From positions 277,840-341,839 of the forward strand of contig CAVTEU010000007.1 in NCBI GenBank assembly GCA_963733905.1: a DNA stretch of 64,000 nucleotides, read 5' to 3'. The notes beneath the pieces were generated by a model. The model saw only the letters and a list, made by a program, of their open reading frames with translations. It had not been told where the DNA came from and searched no databases. A program made the translations under genes and the position numbers. Positions 23,513 to 36,633 of this stretch are shown piece by piece (position 1 is the stretch's first letter; every line of letters begins with the position of its first letter). This DNA comes from an uncultured Actinomycetes bacterium. Its GTDB lineage: Bacteria > Actinomycetota > Acidimicrobiia > Spongiisociales > DATADW01.

Positions 23513-23689
23513 TCGAACGACGACCTTGTCGTTCCCCAGGTCACCGGGGGGTTGACATGGGGGGTACGTTGGGCCCAGTCCGGCGAGCCCGCCGGCGACC
23601 GCTGAGAACCCCGAGCCCTGGCCTGTTCGCGCCCGTTCGGAGGTGGTCGGTCGGTGATCCGAAGCGAATGCGGCAGGTGGAGGTGCAAT

Positions 23690-23875
23690 ATGCCTTGGAT
23701 GTGGAGCGACGATCTGGCCCGCCTGCTCATCGAGCGGGGAGAGGCGAGCGTCCCACAGCTCCGGGAGTGGCTCGACCGCCCGGTGGGGCTCGCCTCCGAT
23801 TCCGATCCGGTCGAGACCGCCCGAGCTCTCTTCCACGGACCGTCAGCCGCCGCCTCCGACGAAACCGCCGCCTGA
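23690..23875 (+). CDS. small hypothetical protein (61 aa)
   Basis: ATG preceded by GGTGGAGG. It sits in a 400-nt gap with no homology recognised. This is a weak call. Confidence 0.25.
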   Translation: MPWMWSDDLARLLIERGEASVPQLREWLDRPVGLASDSDPVETARALFHGPSAAASDETAA

Positions 23876-23921
23876 CCCGACCGGCTCCGCTTGGCCGGCG
23901 GAACGATCATCATCCCGAGCT

Positions 23922-24662
23922 ATGTACGCGTTCCTCCGCAGCCCGCGCTGGATCATCGCCACATCGGCGGTCGTGCTCATCGCCGGGCTCTTCGTCAACC
24001 TGGGGTTCTGGCAGCTCCGGAGACTCGAGGAGGCGCGCCAGGAGAACCAACTCCTCACTGCCCGCCTCGCCCTTCCACCAGAGGATCTCGAGGTGATGCT
24101 CCAGGCGGTGGGGGAGGACCTCGCCGCAATCGAGTACCACCCCGTCACCGTCAGTGGCGTCTTCGACCCTTCGGGCGAGGTGCTGCTCCGGTCGCGGACT
24201 CTCGATGGAGTCGCCGGATTCCACGTCGTCACTCCGCTGCTGACCGCCAGCGGCGATGCGGTGCTGGTCAACCGAGGATGGGTACCGATGGAGATGGACG
24301 AGCCACCAGTGCCGGCCGCACCGCCGGATGGCCAGGTCGTCGTCGAGGGTCTGGTCCGGCTCAGCCAGGAGCGCTCCGGGCTGGGGCCTGTCGATCCCGC
24401 CGAGGGGGAGTTGGCGCTGCTCAGCAGGCTCGACATCCCCCGGATCCAGCAGCAGAGCGAAGACGAGTTGGCGCCGGTATCGGTGGACCTGACCTCGGTG
24501 GACCCGGCCGCCGGCGATCTCCCGGTCCCGATGGGCCCGCCGCCAACCGACGACGAGGGCAATCACCTCGCCTACGCCATCCAGTGGTTCGCCTTCGCAG
24601 TGGTCGGAGTCGTCGGTTACGTGATCCTGGTGCGAAGGAGGGCACGCAGCGGAGGCGCCTAG
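23922..24662 (+). CDS. SURF1-family cytochrome oxidase assembly protein
   Basis: N-terminal TM segment plus GFWQLRRLEE, then GFHVVTPL...VLVNRGWVP, and a C-terminal NHLAYAIQWFAFAVV TM segment. Confidence 0.8.
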   Translation: MYAFLRSPRWIIATSAVVLIAGLFVNLGFWQLRRLEEARQENQLLTARLALPPEDLEVMLQAVGEDLAAIEYHPVTVSGVFDPSGEVLLRSRTLDGVAGFHVVTPLLTASGDAVLVNRGWVPMEMDEPPVPAAPPDGQVVVEGLVRLSQERSGLGPVDPAEGELALLSRLDIPRIQQQSEDELAPVSVDLTSVDPAAGDLPVPMGPPPTDDEGNHLAYAIQWFAFAVVGVVGYVILVRRRARSGGA

Positions 24663-25159
24663 CTGGGGGTCGGCTCCAGCGGCCGGGCCAGCCCCTCGAT
24701 CACCTCGGCACCCGATGCGCGGACCAGATCTTCCGGGGCGAGCCGGATCTTGGCGGCACGGGTGCCGGCGCCGACGATCACCCAATCCGGATTCATCACC
24801 TCGGCGTCGATCCACACCTTCAGCCCTTCAGGGAGGCCGAGTGGCGTGACCCCCCCGATGGTCATCCCGGTTACCTCGACGGTCTCCTCGGGCGAGGCGA
24901 AAGAGGCCTTCTTCACCCCGAGACGTTGGCGCACCGTACGGTTGACGTCGAGCCGGGTGGTGGCGAGGGCGACGCACACGGCACGCTCGCCCAAGGGTCG
25001 GCGTGAGGCAACCAGGATGGCGTTGGCCGAGTGCTCCGGGGGTATGCCGTACGCCTCGCAGAAGGCGGCGGTGTCGGCGAGCTCGGGATCGCAGGGCATC
25101 ACCTCGTAACGCACACCTGCGCCATCGAGCGCGGCGATGACAGTCGGGGCAGCGGCCAC
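24659..25159 (-). CDS. YbaK/EbsC-type aminoacyl-tRNA deacylase domain protein
   Basis: ...AFCEAYGIPPEHSANAILV...VTGMTIGGVTPLGLP..VWIDAEV. A GTG start was chosen at 25159, giving 166 aa. The longer ORF overlaps the divergent gene. Confidence 0.7.
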   Translation of the reverse strand: MAAAPTVIAALDGAGVRYEVMPCDPELADTAAFCEAYGIPPEHSANAILVASRRPLGERAVCVALATTRLDVNRTVRQRLGVKKASFASPEETVEVTGMTIGGVTPLGLPEGLKVWIDAEVMNPDWVIVGAGTRAAKIRLAPEDLVRASGAEVIEGLARPLEPTPS

Positions 25160-25176
25160 TCCGTCAGGGTAGGGCG

Positions 25177-25959
25177 GTGCCGAAATGGGGCCTTCCCACA
25201 GCCGCAATCTGGCACGATGCGCCGGTGGACGAATACGGGCCGGAGACATACGGCGAACGGATCGCCGACGTGTACGACGAGTGGTACCCGGATGCGCCGC
25301 CGGCAATGATCGACCGGCTGGCCGAAATGGCGGGGGAGGGGCGGGCCCTCGAGTTGGCGATCGGCACGGGGCGGGTGGCGTTGCCGCTTGCCTCGAAGGG
25401 CGTGGACATCCACGGAGTGGACGTGTCGGACGACATGGTCGCCCGCCTCCGGACCAAGCAGGGCGGGGACCGGATCCCGGTGACCATGGGCGACTTCGCC
25501 GATGTACCCGTCGAAGGGAAGTTCGCCCTCGTCTTCATCGTGTTCAACACGCTGTTCGCCCTGCTCACCCAGCAGGATCAGGTGCGGTGCTTCCGGAACG
25601 TCGCCAGCCGGCTCGAGCCCGATGGCGCCTTCGTCCTCGAGGCCTTCGTCCCCGACCTCACCAGGTTCGACCGCGGGCAACGTGTCTCTGTCGCCGAGAC
25701 CGAGGCCACGCAGGTGAGGCTCGAGGCGTCGATCCTCGACCCCGTGGAACAGGTCGTCACGGTCCAGCACATCGTTCTCGACGAGGCTGGTGCGAGGTTG
25801 CGACCCGTGGTGATCCGCTACGCCTGGCCGGCCGAGCTGGACCTGATGGCACAGCTCGCCGGTATGGAGTTGGATGCCCGATGGGGCGACTGGGACGGCT
25901 CAGCCTTCACCGCCGCCTCCACCGGGCATGTCTCCGTCTATCGCCTCCGAGCGACGTAG
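25177..25959 (+). CDS. class I SAM-dependent methyltransferase
   Basis: YDEWY...ALELAIGTGRVALPLASKGVDIHGVDVSDDMV...FALVFIVFNTLFAL...LEPDGAFV. The gene is intact. The start could be 25177 or 25228 (both GTG). Confidence 0.8.
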   Translation: MPKWGLPTAAIWHDAPVDEYGPETYGERIADVYDEWYPDAPPAMIDRLAEMAGEGRALELAIGTGRVALPLASKGVDIHGVDVSDDMVARLRTKQGGDRIPVTMGDFADVPVEGKFALVFIVFNTLFALLTQQDQVRCFRNVASRLEPDGAFVLEAFVPDLTRFDRGQRVSVAETEATQVRLEASILDPVEQVVTVQHIVLDEAGARLRPVVIRYAWPAELDLMAQLAGMELDARWGDWDGSAFTAASTGHVSVYRLRAT

Positions 25960-25979
25960 TCATACGCCCCGCTCGGGTT

Positions 25980-27935
<1,956 letters not shown>

Positions 27936-28259
27936 TCACACGAGGACAGATCGGCGCGGGGGAGCGGAAAGGATGGTGCGAGCTATCGGTCACGACGGTC
28001 CTCCTCAGTTCTCGACGCGCTCTCCGGCGCCTCGAGCGGGAGTCCCGCCGTCGGCAGCTCATCGATCGGGCATTGGCACCGGTGTCGCTTCCTCTGTCTA
28101 TCGCTGGGGAGCTTCCGGTTGCCGCGGCTTCAAAGGGCCCGTCCCTCCACCGCTCTGGATAAGCGCGTTGTAGTGGCGGGGAAGTGTGCCACCCCGCCCG
28201 GTCACCGTCAAGGCAGAAGATCGCGCATCACGGGTCGGTCGAGTGTGATCGGTCTCGAT

Positions 28260-29459
28260 ATGCATCACTCGATGGCGCTCGCCACCCGCGCCGATTGGAG
28301 GCCGCCGCTTACCCAGCCGGGCCGCGCCGACCTATCGCAGTCGCGCCTCGACCGGTTTCTCGCCGAGCATCGCCATCCGACACCGTTCCTCGTTGTGGAC
28401 CTCGATGAGGTCGCTGACCGATATCGGGAACTGACCAATGCCTTCCCCGGAGTCGAGATCCACTATGCGGTCAAGGCCAATGCCGGCCGGCCGATCCTCG
28501 AGCTGCTCACCCGCCTCGGCTCCCGGTTCGAGGTCGCATCGATCGGAGAGCTCCGGGCCTGTCTCGACGCCGGAGCGCCTTCCGAATTGGTCTCCTTTGG
28601 CAACTCGGTGAAACCGGCGGCGCACATCGCCGAGGCGTACGAGCTGGGTGTGAGGCGTTTTGTCTTCGATGCGCCCGAGGAGCTCGACAAGCTGGTGGCG
28701 CTGGCACCAGGTTCGCTGGTTGTCGCCCGGCTCCGCTGTGACGGCCGCGGTTCGGACTGGGCACTCGGCGGCAAGTTCGGGTGCCCGCCAGAGATGGCCG
28801 AGGCACTGCTGGTGCGCGCCGCAGGGGCAAGGATGCGGGCGGGAGTCTCGTTCCATGTCGGCTCCCAGCAACGCGACCCCGAGGCGTGGACACCGCTGCT
28901 GCAACAGGTCGCCCACCTCCGCCAGAGGCTGCGGGGCAGGGGCATCAGGTTGGAACTGATCAACCTGGGGGGCGGGCTCCCCGGGCAGCACCTCGACCCG
29001 ACACCGCCCCTCGCCACATATGCCGCGGCGATACGGAGAGCCGTCTCCACCAATCTCGGACCTGAGCCGCCGGCGCTCGTGCTCGAGCCCGGCCGATTCC
29101 TGGTTGCCGACGCTGGAGTGCTCCAGACCGAGGTGCTGCTGGTCACGCACCGTGACTGGAGGCGATGGGTGTTCCTCGATGCCGGGCTTTACGGCGGTCT
29201 GGCCGAGACCATGGGAGAAGCCGTCCGCTATCGGGTGCGCGCCGACCGCGACGGACCGCTCGGCCCGGTCGTCCTGGCTGGCCCCACCTGCGATTCCACC
29301 GACGTGCTCTACCGGAACACACAGTGCCTCCTTCCGATGAAACTGAGGACGGGTGACCGGGTGGATGTCCTCGCCGCAGGCGCCTACACCACCGCATACG
29401 CCAGCCGATTCAACGGATTCCCTCCACCAGCCGAGCACTACCTGCCCGCTTCCGGCTGA
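28260..29459 (+). CDS. type III PLP-dependent decarboxylase (ornithine/diaminopimelate/arginine decarboxylase family 2)
   Basis: TPFLVVDLDEV...EIHYAVKAN...FEVASIGEL...SFHVGSQ...INLGGGLPG...EPGRFLVADAG...GPTCDSTD...GAYT. Intact, 399 aa. Confidence 0.85.
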   Translation: MHHSMALATRADWRPPLTQPGRADLSQSRLDRFLAEHRHPTPFLVVDLDEVADRYRELTNAFPGVEIHYAVKANAGRPILELLTRLGSRFEVASIGELRACLDAGAPSELVSFGNSVKPAAHIAEAYELGVRRFVFDAPEELDKLVALAPGSLVVARLRCDGRGSDWALGGKFGCPPEMAEALLVRAAGARMRAGVSFHVGSQQRDPEAWTPLLQQVAHLRQRLRGRGIRLELINLGGGLPGQHLDPTPPLATYAAAIRRAVSTNLGPEPPALVLEPGRFLVADAGVLQTEVLLVTHRDWRRWVFLDAGLYGGLAETMGEAVRYRVRADRDGPLGPVVLAGPTCDSTDVLYRNTQCLLPMKLRTGDRVDVLAAGAYTTAYASRFNGFPPPAEHYLPASG

Positions 29460-29504
29460 CCCCGTCCGGACGGCGCTCAAGTAGGTGCTGGCCACGGCGG
29501 TAGG

Positions 29505-31340
29505 TTGCCGTTGATGTCCCGGCCGATCGCCGACTACGGGCTGCTCTCCGATTGCCAGTCGAGCGCACTCGTCGCCAGGGACGGCTCGATCGACTGGCTG
29601 TGCTGCCCCCGATTCGATTCACCCGCGATGTGTGCCCGCCTTCTCGACGAGAACGGAGGGTGCTGGGAGCTTCGTCCTTTCGGCGAGGTGTCGGTCACCC
29701 GCCGATACATCGACGACACGATGGTGTTGGAGACAACCTTCACCACCGATAGCGGGGTGGTGACCATCACCGATGCGCTTGCCCTGGTTGCTGCGCCCCG
29801 ACACCACGACTTGGGCCGTAAGTCGCCCCAAACCCTTCTCCGAATGGTTCACGGAGTATCCGGCACCGTTGACATGCATTTCCACTGCAGACCACGGCCG
29901 GAGTTCGGGCTGGTCGTGCCGCTGTCAATGGCCGTACCGGGAGGGATCATCCTCCGCGGTGGCGCCTCGCTTCTCGCCCTTTCCAGCCCGGTCCCACTCA
30001 CCCCGGTCCTGGGAGGAGCCGGGGCGCGTCTCTCGGTCAAGGAGGGATCGACACTCGGATTCGCCCTGCAGCACCGATCCGCATGGGACGAGATCCCAGA
30101 GTTGCTCACCACCACAGATATCGAGGCCGCTCTGGAGGAGACCGTCGGGGCCTGGCAGGGCTGGGCAGAAGCACACGTCAACTACTCGGGGCCATGGGGA
30201 GAGGCGGTGCGGTTGTCCGGGAGGGTCCTCCAGGCTCTCACCTATGCACCGACCGGGGCCATGATCGCCGCTCCGACCACATCGCTCCCCGAGGACCCCG
30301 GTGGAGTGCGGAACTGGGACTATCGCTTTTCCTGGGTCCGCGACGCCAGCCTGACCCTTCATGCCATGTGGGTAGCCGCCTGTCCCGACGAGGTACACCG
30401 GTTCTTCGCCTGGATGGTCGGGGCGGCGGCGAGCGACCTCGCTCGGGAGCGTCCTCTCCAGATCGTCTACGGAGTCGGAGGCGAGCGTGATCTCACCGAG
30501 CGGACCCTCGATCATCTAGGTGGTTGGGAAGGAAGTCGGCCCGTTCGGGTGGGCAACGGGGCATGGTCGCAACGGCAGAATGACGCCTTTGGTCATCTTC
30601 TCGACGCCGCACTGCTGTATCGGGACTTATTGTCCGACCTCGCCCCCGAGGCTCGCCGGTTCTTCACCGAGGTCGCCGACGCGGCCGCAGCAGTTTGGGA
30701 AGCGCCGGATCACGGAATCTGGGAGGTGCGCGACGAGCCGCGACACTTCCTCTCGTCCAAACTGCTGTGTTGGGTGGCTCTCGACCGCGCCGCAGAGTTG
30801 GCCGCCGACCTCGACGCGGCCGACCGCGCCGCCGAGTGGCGCGATGAGGCTGAGAGGATCCGTACCTCGATACTCGAGGAGGGGTGGAACGAGCAGGTCG
30901 GCGCTTTCACTCAGGCGTTCGGAAGAGACGAACTGGACGCATCCGTGCTCCTCATCTCGATATGCGGTTTTCTCGAACCGCGCCACGAGAAGGTCCTGGC
31001 GACCATCGACGCGGTGGAGCGTGGGCTGCTCGACGAGCGCGGGCTGGTGATGCGGTATCTCGCCACTGATGGGCTCAAGGGAGACGAGGGCTCTTTCCTG
31101 CTGTGCACCTTCTGGTTGGCGGAGGCACTTGCGCTTGCCGACGAGATCGATCGTGCGATTGGTCTGATAGACAGGGTGCTGGGACATGCCAACGACCTCG
31201 GGCTGTTCTCCGAGGAGGTCGGGCAGGACGGTTCGCTCTTGGGGAATTTCCCACAGGCCTTCAGCCACGTAGGGCTCATCCACGCGGCGTACGCAGTCGG
31301 CGAGGCCCAGAAGCGCAGCGGCGACCGGACCCCCGAGTGA
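29505..31340 (+). CDS. glycoside hydrolase family 15 (glucoamylase/trehalase-like)
   Basis: IADYGLLSDCQSSALVARDGSIDWLCCPRFDSP...TTSLPE..GGVRNWDYRFSWVRDAS...FLLCTFWLAEAL. Intact, 611 aa. The start may instead be the internal ATG at 29514. Confidence 0.85.
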   Translation: MPLMSRPIADYGLLSDCQSSALVARDGSIDWLCCPRFDSPAMCARLLDENGGCWELRPFGEVSVTRRYIDDTMVLETTFTTDSGVVTITDALALVAAPRHHDLGRKSPQTLLRMVHGVSGTVDMHFHCRPRPEFGLVVPLSMAVPGGIILRGGASLLALSSPVPLTPVLGGAGARLSVKEGSTLGFALQHRSAWDEIPELLTTTDIEAALEETVGAWQGWAEAHVNYSGPWGEAVRLSGRVLQALTYAPTGAMIAAPTTSLPEDPGGVRNWDYRFSWVRDASLTLHAMWVAACPDEVHRFFAWMVGAAASDLARERPLQIVYGVGGERDLTERTLDHLGGWEGSRPVRVGNGAWSQRQNDAFGHLLDAALLYRDLLSDLAPEARRFFTEVADAAAAVWEAPDHGIWEVRDEPRHFLSSKLLCWVALDRAAELAADLDAADRAAEWRDEAERIRTSILEEGWNEQVGAFTQAFGRDELDASVLLISICGFLEPRHEKVLATIDAVERGLLDERGLVMRYLATDGLKGDEGSFLLCTFWLAEALALADEIDRAIGLIDRVLGHANDLGLFSEEVGQDGSLLGNFPQAFSHVGLIHAAYAVGEAQKRSGDRTPE

Positions 31341-31445
31341 ACGGCAGCGTCTAGGCAAAAGCCCCTCCTCTTCCGGATCACCCATCTCGGTCGGGGCTTC
31401 GACTTCCGACTCCCCGCAACCAGGCTTGCGCTTGCGGCGACGTTC

Positions 31446-32255
31446 GTGGCCGGCGCCACCGCAGGGGGGATCGCCCTCGTCACCGGCGACCGGTGGACAG
31501 CGATCCTCTGGGAGGCATTCGTCGCCGCCGCCTCGGCATTCATGGGATGGGCGCTGACCCGGGAGCTCGACCCCGACCAGCAATGGACCTCGGTTTTCGC
31601 CTCGATCCTCGCCGGGATAGCCGGGACCGCATTTGTCGCAGGGTGGGGCGGGACCCTGCTGGCCAACCCGTCGGTGGGCTTGACCCTCGTCGTCGTGGTT
31701 GCGGCGCGGATCCAGGTCGGGACGGTCGGTCTCGAGCCGATGTTGACCGATGCGGCGGCTGTCGGGGTGGTGGCTGCGGCGCTGTCCTGGGGTGACCGGG
31801 CCAACTGGCTCGCCGCCATCGCCTTCGGACTGGTTCTGATCGGGGTCACCCGGCGCACCAACGACCGCCGCTTCCTGGTTGTGGCCGCAGCGACGGTGCT
31901 GGCGGCCACCGTGCTGGCTTGGGGTGACCTGATGGCTCTGACCGAGACTTGGCGGTTGCCGTTGGCCATCGAGTGGTGGATCGGAGCGCTCGGGCTGATC
32001 GGTGGGTTGATCGGCTGGGCAAGGACCCGCCAGCCCGCGGTGACGTGCGACGCCACCCGCGCCCCGATATCCACCGCCCGGCTGCGCACTGCCCGCGGCG
32101 GCGTTTTCCTCCTGTCCGCGGCCATCATCGCCCTCGGCGGCGGGCACGACGTGGTCTCGATCGTGATCCTCCTCGTGGCGCAATTTGCGGTTGGGGTGGG
32201 TTCTCTCGTCGCATCGCCGCAAAGCGCTGGAGTGATAGCGAGAAGAGTCACCTAG
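31446..32255 (+). CDS. integral membrane protein, hypothetical
   Basis: 269-aa ORF with at least 6 hydrophobic A/G/L/V-rich segments. No family was recognised. Confidence 0.5.
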   Translation: MAGATAGGIALVTGDRWTAILWEAFVAAASAFMGWALTRELDPDQQWTSVFASILAGIAGTAFVAGWGGTLLANPSVGLTLVVVVAARIQVGTVGLEPMLTDAAAVGVVAAALSWGDRANWLAAIAFGLVLIGVTRRTNDRRFLVVAAATVLAATVLAWGDLMALTETWRLPLAIEWWIGALGLIGGLIGWARTRQPAVTCDATRAPISTARLRTARGGVFLLSAAIIALGGGHDVVSIVILLVAQFAVGVGSLVASPQSAGVIARRVT

Positions 32256-32290
32256 CCCGATTGAGGAGCGTTCAGCGGCGTTAGACAACT

Positions 32291-32770
32291 TTGGTGCGAC
32301 GTGGGACGATCGTGCCGGTGACCAAAGGACCCACCGCCTCGCACCTGAGCGATCTCGTGTGGCTGCGCCGCGTTCGCGACCGGATCGACCGGGAGTACGC
32401 CCAGCCGCTGGACGTCGAGGCGCTCGCTCGCGGCGTGCACATGTCGGCCGGTCACCTCAGTCGCCAGTTCCGGCTCGCCTACGGCGAGTCGCCCTATAGC
32501 TATCTGATGACCCGGCGGATCGAGCGAGCGATGGCGCTGCTGCGGCGGGGCGATCTCAGCGTCACCGAGGTCTGTTTCGCGGTCGGCTGCTCGTCGCTGG
32601 GAACCTTCAGCACACGCTTCACCGAACTGGTCGGCGTGCCGCCTAGCGTCTACCGCCGCCGGGCAGAGGGCGCGATCGAGGGCGAGGGGATGCCGCCGTG
32701 CGTGGCGAAACGGGTCACCAGACCGGTCAGGAATCGAGAAGCGCCGAAACCCCTAGTCGCGATAGGTTGA
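32291..32770 (+). CDS. AraC-family (HTH_18) transcriptional regulator, short form
   Basis: L.RVRDRIDREYAQPLDVEALARGVHMSAGHLSRQFRLAYGESPYSYLMTRRIERAMALLRRGDLSVTEVCFAVGCSSLGTFSTRF. The start codon is uncertain. Confidence 0.8.
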   Translation: MVRRGTIVPVTKGPTASHLSDLVWLRRVRDRIDREYAQPLDVEALARGVHMSAGHLSRQFRLAYGESPYSYLMTRRIERAMALLRRGDLSVTEVCFAVGCSSLGTFSTRFTELVGVPPSVYRRRAEGAIEGEGMPPCVAKRVTRPVRNREAPKPLVAIG

Positions 32771-32775
32771 CCGCC

Positions 32776-33187
32776 ATGGACATCATCATTCACCAGACGT
32801 ACCTCCCGCACAACGACCCGAGACGAGTCCCTGGCTTTCTATCGCGACACTCTCGGCTTCGAGGTCCGCAACGACGTCGAGTACCAAGGGATGCACTGGA
32901 TCACGATCGGCCCGGCCGATCAGCCCGACACGTCGATCGTCCTGCACCCGCCCGGCGCCGACCCTGGCATCACCGACGAAGAGCGCCGCACCATCACCGA
33001 GATGATGGCCAAGGGCACCTACGCCGGCATCAACCTGGCCACCAAGGACCTCGATGGCACGTTCGAACAGCTGCAGTCCAGCGACGCCGAGGTCGTCCAG
33101 GAGCCGACCGATCAACCGTGGGGCGTTCGCGACTGCGCCTTCCGTGACCCCGCCGGCAACATGATCCGCATCTTCGAGGTCAGCTGA
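32776..33187 (+). pseudogene. VOC/glyoxalase-family protein, 1 frameshift near 32818
   Basis: MDIIIHQTYLPHNDP is followed, in the next frame, by ESLAFYRDTLGFEVRNDVEYQGMHWITIGP...[22 protein letters not shown]. Confidence 0.75.
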
Positions 33188-33225
33188 GCCGTCCGGCCTC
33201 GGGAGCGCCTGCACAGGAGAGATCG

Positions 33226-33687
33226 ATGAGCCCACAAAAGGCCACAGAGTCCGCCAAGGCCACCACCTCGAAAGGCAAGACGTCCAAGGCATTCACCGCC
33301 GAGGAACGAGCCGCGATGAAGGAGCGCGCCCAGGAGGTGAAGTCGGGCGCCAAGGCGAGCGGCGAGGACGCCGTGCTGGCGAAGATCGCTGAGATGGATG
33401 AATCGGATCGCGCCATGGGCGAGCGGCTCCACGAGATCGTCAAGGCGAACGCGCCAGAGCTCACGCCAAGGCTCTGGTACGGACAGCCGGCGTATGCCAG
33501 GGACGGCAAGGTCGTCTGCTTTTTCCAAGCCGCATCGAAGTTCAAGACGAGGTATGCGACGCTCGGCTTCAACGAAGAGGCGAACCTCGACGAAGGCAGC
33601 ATGTGGCCGACTGCCTTCGCACTGAAGAAGTTGACCGCCGCCGACGAGAAGAAGATCGGTGCACTTGTAAAGAAAGCGACGAGTTAG
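33226..33687 (+). CDS. YdhG/DUF1801-like protein with Lys-rich N-terminal tail
   Basis: [64 protein letters not shown]. Intact. Composition is visibly lower in GC than the rest of the window. Confidence 0.65.
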   Translation: MSPQKATESAKATTSKGKTSKAFTAEERAAMKERAQEVKSGAKASGEDAVLAKIAEMDESDRAMGERLHEIVKANAPELTPRLWYGQPAYARDGKVVCFFQAASKFKTRYATLGFNEEANLDEGSMWPTAFALKKLTAADEKKIGALVKKATS

Positions 33688-33724
33688 GGCTGAACTCGCC
33701 GGGACGTCATAAGGGAGGCAAATC

Positions 33725-34060
33725 ATGGCAATGACCGAACAACTGGTCGTCTATCCCGTCAAAGACCTCGAGAAGGCGAAGGAGCTGTTCACGCAACTCC
33801 TCGGTGCCGATCCATATGTCGATTCGCCCTACTACGTCGGGTACCGCACAGAGGGTCGCGAGATCGGACTCGATCCGAATGGCTCGAGCAATGGTCCGAT
33901 TGCCTACTGGGAAACAGAGGACATCGCTGCCAGAGTCGATGAGCTTCGTTCTGCGGGGTGGCAGGTCACCAGCGACGCGAAGGATGTTGGTGGGGGACTG
34001 CTCGTGGCGCAGTTGGCCGACAGCGATGGAAACACCATCGGGTTGAGGCAGCAGCCCTAA
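33725..34060 (+). CDS. VOC/glyoxalase-family protein (single domain)
   Basis: VYPVKDLEKAKELFTQLLG...GGLLVAQLADSDGNTIGLRQ. The RBS AAGGGAGG lies upstream. Confidence 0.7.
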   Translation: MAMTEQLVVYPVKDLEKAKELFTQLLGADPYVDSPYYVGYRTEGREIGLDPNGSSNGPIAYWETEDIAARVDELRSAGWQVTSDAKDVGGGLLVAQLADSDGNTIGLRQQP

Positions 34061-34106
34061 CCGATGGCAAGCGCGGCCGCGATCATGGGCAACGCAGTCG
34101 CCCGAT

Positions 34107-36461
<2,355 letters not shown>

Positions 36462-36633
36462 GAGGGGCTGAGGGAGGTCTCCTCTGGTTTGCGACTCTGT
36501 GCCTCAAGCGCCCATAATCCACGTTATGTAAAGTCAGAGATGGGACTGCCATTCACAGTGCTCCCCTGACCTTACCCATACCAAACGCAGCGAAGCGAGC
36601 GAGCAGAGCGAGCCTCTCCGTTACTGTCCCCTC

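Noticed and set aside
23513-23689. Promoter (TTGACA at 23553) and terminator hairpin (GAACGAC-N6-GTCGTTC at 23515-23534) after ggt.
   Set aside because: No acceptable -10 box lies at 16-19 nt spacing from the TTGACA. The hairpin is short and lacks a U-tract. This is too weak to annotate.
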